Shown: positions 53,063-64,000 of the stretch, in pieces | Layout of the letters: each line of letters starts with the position of its first letter | Position numbering within the stretch: position 1 is the stretch's first letter | Origin: Phoronis australis | Taxonomy: Eukaryota > Animalia > Phoronida | Direction of reading: 5' to 3' | NCBI GenBank assembly: GCA_002633005.1 | Contig: NMRA01000392.1 | Location: 76,188-140,187 of the forward strand | Length of the DNA stretch: 64,000 nt | Translations under genes and position numbers: made by a program | The notes under the pieces: model-generated | The model's input: the letters and a program-made list of their open reading frames with translations, nothing else | The model's database searches: none | Told to the model about the DNA's origin: nothing

Positions 53063-54415
53063 AGTGCTCGCTGGTTCTATACGTGTCGCTAGGTGGTGCT
53101 ACCTACACGCAGGGATCCTCGCTGGTTCCCTGTGGGCTTAGGTCAAAGACGCTCTCTACAGTCTCTGCTTAGGTGGCACAGAATAGTTAGCCTGTTAAAA
53201 TCTAGGGCTAGGCCTGGCTTGGGGGCATTTTTTAGTTAGGTATTGTGTGTAGGCCAAGTGAATGTGGTTTTCTTGTATTTGTGAACATGCTGGGAATGAA
53301 AAAAGGCTAGTTTCTCGGCTGTAGCTGCACTCTTCTTCAAGATGGTGGCCCCCGTTGCTGTTGTGCATTGCTGTGTAGCAACTGAGAAATTGGCCGCAAT
53401 TTCAGGTAGCCCTCAAACAAGCCAGATTTGCAAAAAAAAACTAGTTGGTTGACAGTACTTTTGGACCACATTTTTGGAATCGGTAGGAAATTTGCTTTCG
53501 GAATCTAATGTTGGCTTTAGTCGAGCATCGGCAGGAAAGTGGTGATTTTGGGGTGAAAAGTGCCGATTTTGCATTTTTGCCCTCATTTTTTTAGTTCAGC
53601 TTGGTTTCCACTGGGAGTGAAAGAGTCAAAAATGCAAGACAGTATAAAGTTTCTGTGCTCATCTGTAGGGCTTCTCATGTGAAATGACTCAAAACATTTC
53701 CTTATTTGCATGCAGTATTTTACAAAGTGAAGAAAGGATGAAGAGTGCATTGATGTGTGTTCTGACAGGCAAACCCCTGTGAGAACTGTTCTGTGCCTCC
53801 TTAGCCCAGCCAGCACGCAAGTATCACGCAGTGGCACGCTCTTTAGCATTGGTCGATGTAACCTCGGCAGTCAGTGAGCTTTACAACCGTGAAAAAATGG
53901 TGGACTGTGAACAATTTAGCTTTGAATGCGCGTGGCGTCGCAGCAACTATTTCGTTTCTGCAGTGCTGTTTAATAGCCGCGCGCCTGAAGCACATAAGTG
54001 TGCAATAAACACTACATACCTGACCGATTTAACCGGTGTGTTATTCATACTGTATCAAGAATGCAGAACACTATCGTAAACAAAAGTCATCGACAGTACC
54101 CGGTAGAAAGATGCATTCCGAAAAGGTGCAATCACAATTTCTAGGCTTCACATTTCCTAAACATAAATTTTAAGCACCGATTTGTCTGTACAACACTAAT
54201 GAGACCGCATTTACACTTCAGTCATGCCAGTTTGTTTGCGAACAGCGCTGTCTCTTGAGAATTCGACTAGCCAATCAGAAACGCTGGTGTAAAAAAAATT
54301 CCCGAGGAAAATTAAGTGATACAAGAGACCGTCTTTGGTGATACCTGCGTGCGGCTGGCGCGGCTACCGCCACACCTAGCGGCACGCAGGGAACCAGCGA
54401 GGGAGCCAGCGAGGA
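53063..54415. mobile_element. Putative TIR element with duplicated terminal blocks
   Basis: CTCGCTGGTTC(C)...GCTAGGTG occurs twice on the left and CACCTAGCGGCACGCAGGGAACCAGCGAG on the right; TSD not resolved. Confidence 0.45.
53144..53167. mobile_element. 24-bp micro-element with 7-bp TSD
   Basis: CTTAGGT|CAAAGAC...GTCTCTG|CTTAGGT. Confidence 0.6.
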
Positions 54416-56563
54416 CTTGTGTGCTGCCAATCAATAACTAAACACCACTTTTAAGTAGTAAAAAATGTTGCTCCTTGGTTTACGATCAGCGTAATTCATT
54501 TGTTTGCACAGGTTCGATGACGAGACCAAGCACAAGTCCAGTAGGCCTATGCCGTGCAAAAGGATGAATAAAGTGTCAGCTCTCAGCTCTCTAGCAGATG
54601 AAACCACTCAAATACATATGGTGGCATTTAGCTGTACAAAGAAAATTGAATTAGGGCCCGTTGCTATAGCAAAATGGGTATAACAATAAACCCTTAGCGT
54701 GTATCCGTTACCATAAAGAACATCAAAACCATCAGAGACTCACGAAAATACCTAAGCCGGAGTTTACTGGACGAAGCAGAGGCCTGCCAGGCGCTGCCGC
54801 GGGTTTGCCGAACTTCACGCTATCCCGGCTCTCCTCAGTGGTCGGGTCGATAATTGTTAAGGCATAGTATTTTAGTCTTTGTTTATAATTTCATGTTTGT
54901 TTACTTTGTAACTGATGTGTCGGTTTGCTAGCTAATGTTTATCTCTTGGTTTACTCAGTACCGACCGATAAATTCAGGTGACTTAGTGAAGTGACGGCGA
55001 ACTGTCTGGATGAGTCAGTAACGTTAGGATCTCGCTAAAATCTAGCCAAAATTACGTGTTCTTTTTTAAAATACATGGCATTATACGGCAATATCTCGCG
55101 AAGTTTTGTTTTAGCTAGGTTCTCGCGTTACTGAACACTGCCCTGAGATATACCGGGTATATGACTCGATCACCGTGACTTTGAATCTCGAAGGCACCCC
55201 AAAGTCCATGATTCGCATCATTTGAGAATTCATCATCAACAGCTGAACAGGGGCACTGTATAGTCTAAATGCCCGACGACATCTGGGCAGCGCACCATAG
55301 GGGGGCTGAGTTTTCTATAGCCCCTACTTAATTCCAGTGCTGCGCCGCCCATGCACCTGCTTGCATGGCCGTATCCGGTCTCGCACTGACGTAACCCGTG
55401 ACAACTTGACTTGAAGGAAAAGAAACGCGGAAGTTAACACTGTTTCTACAGTCAAAAAACAAATCATACTTGTTTTGTGTTCGCTGGAAGGTCAAAGCAA
55501 AAGTATCTTTAATGAAATGACTCTCCGGTACCTTGTCATTGTTGTTTGAACTACCCACTGCACTGCAATGGATCCAAATCTGCCCAGTTGACTGAGAGGT
55601 AGTGAAGAATAGAGGAAAATTTAACTAAGCCAAGTTTGTCATCTGAGAGAAAATTGTCAACCTGAATGAGAAACTGCTGAAAATAAGAAAGAAAACAATT
55701 AAAAACTTAAAAGAAATCAAAGAGTGAATGACTTGGAGAAGTACTCCAGAAGAAATAGTCAGAGCCGGAGTTTTTGGCTTTAGAGAAGATATCAACTGAA
55801 CGAGGACATCAAGCTATCATCTTCCGTGTGCATTAGCAACGACTTCATGGCAATAGAACACTGAGCGAAATAAATTGATTAAAACTTGTGATTATTCAAA
55901 ATGTTTGGCTTCTGGAACTGAAATCCTTGTAAACACAATTAGGTTAGAAATGTCTTTTACCGAAAGAAATGCGATAAAAATAGCCAAAACATTTTGGTAG
56001 CTTTCAGTTGTCTGGTTGCGAAGGGCACTAGAAAAATGTCCAAATTTGGTTAACTTCGGAACATTCTCAGAAATGGCCGATTCCAGCAATTCATAAAGCT
56101 TTCAGATACTATTCTTTATATGTTATTGTTTAAAGCTCTATTAGCAATTGTTTGATTAAAATGTTCCACTTTGCATTGGTTATTATCAAATATGACTTTT
56201 ATGAGTTACATAAGACGAAAACGAAATAATATCTTAGAAAACTGCCATAGAGATTTTGAGATTTCGTTTCACTATGTTATCTATAGATTTTAGGCATCTT
56301 ATTGTTACTGTTGTTTTGTTAGGAATATATCCTTTTCGCTAATTTTACTGAAACGACGTCATATAAATTACTTGATGCGGGACTGGTAAAAAAATTTAAA
56401 ATAAAATTCGACAAAATACGTGTATATAAATTGATATTTGGCTGAATACACACACTTGTCGATGAGGACGTACATATTCTTACGCCGCAATGTCCATGGT
56501 TTGGAGAATGTGAGTAGCTATGAACGATTAACTTCGGTCTTGGATCGGCTGATGAAGTATATG

Positions 56564-56862
56564 CATAGGCGGATTTAGGGGGCCTGCCCCCCTCCGCCTT
56601 GGCTGCCGTAAGAAAAATGAAACAGCAACAGCGTAAAGCGGGAGGAAATGTTGAAATATTGAGTTCAGTAACTAGACCCAGAACGCGGCGGAATCGTGTT
56701 CCGGTTTTTTTTTAGTCCACCGATAGATTTTCCAAACAGGAGGTCCACATCCCCGTCCCCCCTGCAACTTTCGGGCAGCCTGTGCACATACAATGGCGCT
56801 TTGCCCAATTCCCCGAAGCAACATGTTGCCCTCCCCCTTATGGTATCCTAGATCCGCCACTG
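56564..56862. mobile_element. hAT-like MITE with 5-bp TSD
   Basis: CATAGGCGGATTTAGG ... CCTAGATCCGCCACTG flanked by ATATG on both sides; GC-rich GGGGGC..GCCCCC subterminal hairpin. Confidence 0.6.
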
Positions 56863-59800
56863 ATATGTGTCGTTCCAACACTCGAGTTATCGCCGTACTC
56901 CACAAAGACGTTATGTACTATTTAGGTTCTGGCCAATAAACCAATAAATTGATTAATTATTATAATTAAACGTATTGATAGTGAAACATGACCGTGACCT
57001 CGTGTTAGATGCGCAACTACCAACACAACAATACAATTAGCCACAGTGTTAATGCGTTTTACGCGAGCTTCATTGCGACGGCGACAATTAAATCCACATT
57101 AGCAGTGAATAGTTTGTGTTTCAGGCGGGTGAAATTAACGTTTTTATTGCCAAAATTTGGTAACAGAACTGATGTTTGTTATCATAGAACAGCGCAGGTG
57201 GAGCTGCTGGCACATAACCAAGGCATTAAATCTAAGAACACAGATAGTCCTCAACAAGTGAGTTTTGCATTATGAACGCTAATAATACATGCATTTGTTT
57301 AAAGAAGACATGAGCGAGGAGACCCAGCAACGCTTTCCAGATCTAGCCACGGTCACGTTTGTCGTGGGAGACGAACAGATTTTTAGGTACCTTACATCTA
57401 ACTCCAGGACTTGGGAATTACTTGTAAACGACAGTGTGCCGGCATGGAAGTGTTACACCTCCGACGTTGCGAAAGGAGCATGCTATCACTGGTTTCAGTA
57501 TTGGATGTTCCGCTCCATGCATTTCTTGGACACTTTCTGCATTGGACACGCAGCATAAGGATTCCCCACTGACTAAATTAATTTGACATAAAGTCTTTTT
57601 GTTGGCATATTTGCCAAGGTAAAAACACGAATTTGGTATTCTATTTTAACACCAATTAATATTCGAAACAATGCGTTTTGGCGCTCTCTAATTTTTGTCA
57701 ATAGTTTTATTTGGAAAGTTCTTTCTCTCTCCAGGAAATCATTTTACAACTGAATAAAAGCTATGTGTTACGTTTTGTGTGGTTCCGTAACTTGCTGTAT
57801 CATTAGAAATTTGGGAAGTCCCTGATGACAAACGTCTCTTCATTGTAAATATTCTTATGATAGGAACCAAATCAACACGCCGCTTTTTGCACGTCTGTAA
57901 CAGTAGTTTACAGAAATGAAACAAACGTGGAAGTTGTTGTGAACAACTTTAGGACACCGAGACAAAACAAAATGATAATGCTGTAGTTCATTACACCGCC
58001 TAACGGAGTTTTTTGCCAAGATTAGACAGAATGGAATGATATTCTCATGAATGACTTTCTGGTGCTGGCCAACGTGACTGCTTCGTGACTCTGGGAGAAA
58101 GGAAAATTTCACTTAAAAATTGATTTATCATTTTTTCATTACCCCACTCGTTGTACCAACTATTCATGTTTTGAAATAACAGCTAACAGAGTATTCTATT
58201 TCCTGCTACTTCTACAAAGGGAAGGAAACCCTACTGCAAACAGTTGATAATTCTTAAATAAAAAATAACCATGATCTTCGACGATCGATTGCTTTTCTCA
58301 TTTCCGATTACAATTACCTGGTAATTATTGGATGCGTTCTGACCTGAGACAATAATTATTCTCAACTTATGGCCTATAAATCCCCTGCCCAAATATAAGA
58401 CTTACTGAAAAAAATTTCAGCAGGTCATAATTTGTTGGTGACGACCAAGACCGTTATTAGAGCTGAATGTAAATACCTATTGATTATGTAAATGCACCAT
58501 ATCCACTCTTCCCCGGCGTAGATCTTTCGAATAAGTGTTGAGGTTCCCCTGTCCACTGTCGTTTATTTGATTGCACTCTGCGTGCAGTATTCAAAAGATG
58601 GGGAGGCACAACTTATACAAGACCGCAAATTACCTCTCAAAAATTAGAAATTAAACTGTTTCCTGTAGTTTGCGGATTTGTTTGAAAAATAATCATTAAC
58701 TTAAATAAATTAATTGGTTGTTGAAACAGATAGGATGCTGGTGTTTATAGGGTATTCTCTAGGTGAAGGAAGGTGACATTGCACTGAGTGGCAGAAACAC
58801 GTTGGAAGACATTGCAAATGATAGTGTTTTTTAGATTCTTTGTATATCGAGGGATAATATAATTATCAAGTATATACTGCGTTATATTCTGTAAATACAA
58901 CTGACAATATTACGTCACACGACGTAGAGTATCTTTCATTGCAAAGCACATCAAAGCAGTAATAATTAAATTGTTTGCAAACAATATGACTTGGGAGAAA
59001 ATCAACGTGTCGCTATAAAGATTGCGTATTATCACACAGAAATTGCGAATCTAGGATGTCGAAATGACTCAAACACACTTTTATAAAGTAAAATTTTTGA
59101 ATTAATCCAAAAAACGGCACCGGGTAGTGGGAGCGAGCCGGGGCCCCTGGGTCTATGCAGTGCCATTGTCAAGTTTAAAGCAATTTAAAGTAATTTTGCA
59201 TATTTAAAAAGCAATTCAAGTATTACTTTAATGTTTGATAATTAGTGTGTCAAAAGGAGGCAGATCAACAAAAGGGCAAGTTATCTGAGTGGAACAAAGA
59301 CATATTTATTTCGAGAACAATACGCGTCCCGAAAGTTCCAGTAGTGACGCCATTGTAACAAATTGTTGACGCATAGAATAAATAAGCCTACGAGGATGCT
59401 CTGAAGTTAATGCAACATAGAACGTTAGCACAAGTTACTGTGACCATTAAACTCTTGCTATTAATTGGTCTACAACTCATGAACAATCATTGAAAAACTA
59501 TCGCCATCAACACTGATTTCGAGACATGTTGACTATAAACTTGCCCTCTCTTTTCAAAACAGAGTGTCAAAATATTTCAAGAATTAAACTAAGGATAATG
59601 CATTTTAAAACCCCAAGACCCGTTGTTGCCCAACTCAGACGCCAGCCTTTTGAGTGGGTCGCCAAATGACTGCCGATGTCAAATTTGAAAATTTCACGTA
59701 AATTCAATCAAATGTTTTACCTGGTGTTGGCGGTAGAGCCGTCATGTATGGCCCCGGGGTTGTTGGATATCCCAGTCCGTCCAAGGCACAGGAGCTAAAG

Positions 59801-60861
59801 CGTATACCCGGGCTCACGGCCGCCGTGGAGTGGCTTTGGGAAGAAGACCCCAACAAGAAATGGACCATTTGTTCCGAGAACTCCATCGCTTGTAGGACAA
59901 GAAAGGGACAGAGCCACTTATATAGGACAACGATAGCGGTGTACACGCTAATTACTGACCTGGGGTAATGTATCACTCATGTGTCTGATGCTTTATTTGG
60001 CAATTTATCTGTGGGCATAGTTTGTTTAGAAATTTTTTCCAGTTTTGTTTTAAAATTTCTAGACACATGGGTCTAGATAAAACAAGTCAATACGTGTTAA
60101 AATTTCATTCCAACTGACACGTTACGATAATTAGTTCATTTAACTGGTTTGTTTGAAAACTTCTATCACGGTGATAACAGATTTATTTTTGTAAGATGTT
60201 TTCCCACGAATAAAAAAATCATTGAAGCTTTTTTAACGACAACGGCACAGTTAAATTATTGATTGAGCGGTTTTTTGCAATCAGACTAGTAGACAGTTTT
60301 TTTCCTTTTTATGTGTCTGTTGGACTATCTTTGGAATTTTACTAATACTGCACCTTCGCTCCTTGGAACCAACATCTCCTAATACATTAGAAAATATCAA
60401 TTAAAAATTTGATAATGCTACTATCAATCCGAGTTTCGCAAAGACGTTCTTTTCTTCATTTGATCAAGCACAAACCGCCATATAACCCGCTTCAACCTGT
60501 TCCTCACTCAAATGAGAAGTGGTTCCTGTGCTTCGAGAGAACTGACGATTCGTTATTACTTGATGTCTTGCTTGGCGTTTAGTTTAAAATGACCTTCCGC
60601 GACCAACCGACTTGTTACTCTTGAATTCCATTCATGAAAACAGAATTTAAATTTAAAGGAGAATCACCGGTTTTACGAAAGAACAACGCATTTTGATGAT
60701 TAATATTGAATGGGATAGATGTCCTGAAGTTATTAACTGTCCGAGCTTAAAACTTCCAAATCCATCGTGCTATGTGATTCTATTAAAAAAATCTCGCAGT
60801 TGCCAGTCTATCAAACATTTGCTGAAGTCAAGACCGGTGATTTTATAAATTAAATACATCC

Positions 60862-60935
60862 AGTTGGATTTAGTTCTTCCAGTAGAGCGTTTGACTACGG
60901 TTGCGGCGGTTCCAGGTTCGATTCCGCGCTGAGAT
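60862..60935 (+). pseudogene. tRNA-Arg(ACG)-derived pseudogene or SINE head
   Basis: GCGTTTGACTACGG...TTCCAGGTTCGATTCC resembles eukaryotic tRNA-Arg-ACG (GCGTCTGACTACGGATCAGAAGATTCCAGGTTCGACTCC), but the stems are broken. Confidence 0.5.
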
Positions 60936-62689
60936 TGAGAAGTAATTTTCTCGCCAAAAATGTCCCCTTTAGTCCGAAATTTCCTCATAGGTTCCACAAA
61001 ACTGTTTATGATAAATAACTTATTCCCCATCAAGGTATCTCAATTATTTGTATGATCGCAATTTGCACCTATAATAACAGTTACATAGTAAGAACTTTAT
61101 TCCGTGTTGTGCAGTAGAAGCGTAAGTCAAAATGTCCGAAGTTATATTTTAAACAGAGGCCCCTGGTCTCACTTGGCGCATGTAGGTTTCACATGGGCTA
61201 CGGTACGAGGCCGTTTCGTTTAACCAGCCTGGTATAACCTGGACTGTGTGTAGGTCTACCCACCCTGCGACAAATGTGGTACATATGACAAAATTTTAAC
61301 AGATATTCGTCATGCGACACAACAATCGTCAAAAATTTCTACAGCAGCTTGTCTACTGGAGCCAATTATCATACTTGTCGCTCAAGTTTACCCGTGCATC
61401 TTTCTAATGATATAATTTTTTCCCGAATCAAAACTGGATTTCATCAAAGTTCAAACTTGCTTGGGTTTTTCCTACTTTTAGGCTAGTAAAATTTGACAAG
61501 AACCTGCACTTCTTGAAAACAGATCGTTTTGTTATCAAATGAGTACTAGGTGTAACGGGAAACTTTACTAAAATTAACAAAAAATCCCCATTCTAGGAAT
61601 GGGGGATAAACATAGTGGTCTGACTATAATTAGCGATTATGGTTTCAAGTCAGATTTTTATTGGCAGTTGTACATGTACCAAAATTTTTGTATACCCAAT
61701 TTGTACTTACTCAGGTCTGCTTTATTTTCCTGCGTTGACTTTTCGTAAGATAGGCAAAACGTAAATAATCATGACTCATTCAAATGAAATACTCAATTCC
61801 TCTATTGAAAGCCTCGTTGCTGCCGTATACGCATCTCAAAATATCACAATTTCAGCCCTTTTTTTCTCTAGAAGAGCTTAAATGTAAACAAGACCCAAGC
61901 ATTGGCCATAAATGCTTCAAAATTCAGTATACCTGTAACGTAGACGTCAAATCCGTTAGAAAATACTATTTTTGAATAAATATTATGACGATTGTTTGAG
62001 TAAAAGCGATCTAGTAACATTTTGTAAAAATGACTAAATGTGAAGTGTACATGGACAAGTGCTTTTTTGTTTAAAACACTAAATAAACGTTGAAATACCA
62101 GAGTTTAACGTGTGCGTAAATGTTTTTTGCATGAAGCACTGACAACGAAAAAAAATTATCAAGTTAGTCAAAAGGTTGACGGATACACTGTCCATTAAGT
62201 AAAGGTGCTGGACACAAAATTAGCAACTAAAACGGTTAAAATTTAAGTTTAACCGGTTTTTTAATGTTATTTACATCGAAACTAATCCTGATCTGTGATT
62301 CGAGTACACAGAAAATGCCCCAAGGCCTCGTATCCTTACATACTCTAACAATAACCAGGGGAAGTTTAATTAGCCCCGGTGTACAAGAAAAATCTGAAAC
62401 ATTGGCAATAAAATGCCAATGACCTCAACGTGTATGTGAAAAAAACGGGGGTTCAACAACTTTGAAAGTGTCTTCATTATCTTTATATTATATTATATTT
62501 ATCCTATCACACGTGTTTATTAAGAAAAGACAAAACAAATGCTGTCAACCGGACGGCTTTAATCTTTGCAACTTCCGCTAATTCGTATCTTATCAAGGGA
62601 CAATGTTCCAATTCTTGCGTTGTAGTATACCCACGTCTCCTTTTCAGTGATCGTGGATATTTTGTCATGTTATTATTTCAAAACGACTG

Positions 62690-63200
62690 ACATGCCTCGC
62701 AAACAAATCACCATTGACCGTTCGGTGGCCGCTTTAGCTGACATTTTCGCAGGTGTTCTGATTGGTTATTTTTCTAGCCAAATTTCTCTGCCATTGGCTT
62801 GTATTAAATAAGCGGATATCGACCACGTGTAGAACTCTAGGCACAAATTGCGCATGTCAACTCCCGCATGCGAGCTATGCATTCTTGTGCTAGAGCTTGA
62901 GACCCCGAGATTTCACGGGACTGATTTCAGAGTTTGCACTGTGAATTTACGGTTGTCTGCTCGACTGCTACTTTTGATCGAGTTTTCTAATTCAAACCTA
63001 ATTTCATTAAAAGAGAATGCCACCCAAAATACAACCTATTTTGTATTAATTTAGATCGAGTAGTTCTACTCGATAACGGCACGTTCGGTTGCGTTGCCTG
63101 ACACCGGACGGCAGACGGAGGTGTTGAAACTATCCAATGACGTCATTGGTTTCACACGCAGCCTGTTCAGCAGTTCACAATACGGGTTACTGGTGTCAGC
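62690..63200. promoter_or_regulatory. Promoter-like CpG-rich segment (CCAAT boxes, E-box, NRF1-like GCGCATG, CRE)
   Basis: ATTGG at ~62761 and ~62794, CACGTG ~62824, TGCGCATG ~62849, palindrome CCAATGACGTCATTGG at 63134-63149. Confidence 0.35.
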
Positions 63201-64000
63201 TTATCGCTTGAATTCATCGGTTTTAACACCAATAAATCATTAAACTTCTATGTAAAACCTTTAAAAATACACCGAGTTCTTATAAAACATGTTGTTTTAT
63301 TTCGCTGTTACGGTTTTATTGGTATTTGGACACACTGTAGCCTACAAAGTTCGGCAGGCCAAGTTGCCAAGGTCCGTAGCAGGAGTTTGGGGTCTGTTCG
63401 GAGATATTCTTCCGTGAAATACAGACAGGAAAACCTAGATCTGTGTTGTTTAGAATTGTGATTTTTTTTAGATCTAAACACACAAAACGCTTGTTATCCC
63501 GGTCAGTGGCTCGGAACCCGATCAGGTCGGGAATGGCACGAACATAACCCAGCTTGAGTTGGAAACTGAACCTCCAGTCACGAAAAGACTCTAATAGTGA
63601 GCAAAACAAATAATGTGCACGTAATTATTTATGTGAATTAGCCACGAAACTGAAAATCTACTTATTTGTCAGGGGCCGCGAAGTCGGGTTCCCTTTCCAC
63701 AGACCGTCAGGGCAAAGGTTGTACAGTTAGTCGGTGGGCCAGATTTTGTAGGGCCTCTAGAAAATGGCTTTTGTGAGTACTTTAGGGGGGCAATTTTATT
63801 TTGGTATTTTTTAATTCATTTATTAGAGTGTTTTCAAAATCTAAAAAGTTCCCACATATAAAGTTGCACATTTTTGAGAAATTTGAGTTTGAAGTTACCT
63901 AATAATCACCAAAGAGCTTAGTAAACTTATATTTGTAAAAACAACAGTTTTGGTGACTTTTTTGTAAAACAAGTAATATGGTCCCATCAGTGCCATTGTA

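Noticed and set aside
57289-57558. 89-aa ORF as a gene or transposase piece
   Set aside because: No recognisable motif or supporting splice structure.
59704-59976. Overlapping GC-rich ORFs on both strands
   Set aside because: No protein motif; more likely a repeat fragment that I cannot classify.
60862-60935. Functional tRNA-Arg
   Set aside because: The anticodon and acceptor stems do not pair; only the B box and loop are retained.

Overview
AT-rich animal (probably marine invertebrate) genomic DNA; no prokaryotic operons, rRNA or CRISPR. The only recognisable host gene is an estrogen-related receptor (ERR/NR3B)-like nuclear receptor on the minus strand: a clear exon at 35760-36176 (N-terminal region plus zinc finger 1) and a candidate first coding exon at 46126-46228. 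I found no downstream exons (zinc finger 2, ligand-binding domain), so roughly 1-35759 is probably one large intron. The window is packed with transposon relics. The most unusual is a ~1.5 kb Tc2/pogo-like TIR element, in three copies, whose only recognisable coding cargo is a stand-alone HIRAN-like domain. One copy is split by a piggyBac and another has a sibling copy inserted inside it in reverse. Also present: two Helentron-type non-autonomous elements carrying phased arrays of CTCF-like motifs, a CAC...GTG element with a 5-bp TSD that carries a diverged copy of its own insertion target, 24-25 bp micro-elements with 7-bp TSDs, Harbinger- and hAT-like MITEs, a foldback element, THAP remnants, an RNase H LINE fragment, tRNA-derived sequences and a probable assembly artefact around the N at 11901. 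All alignments were done by eye, and family assignments rest on termini, TSDs and motifs, not database searches.
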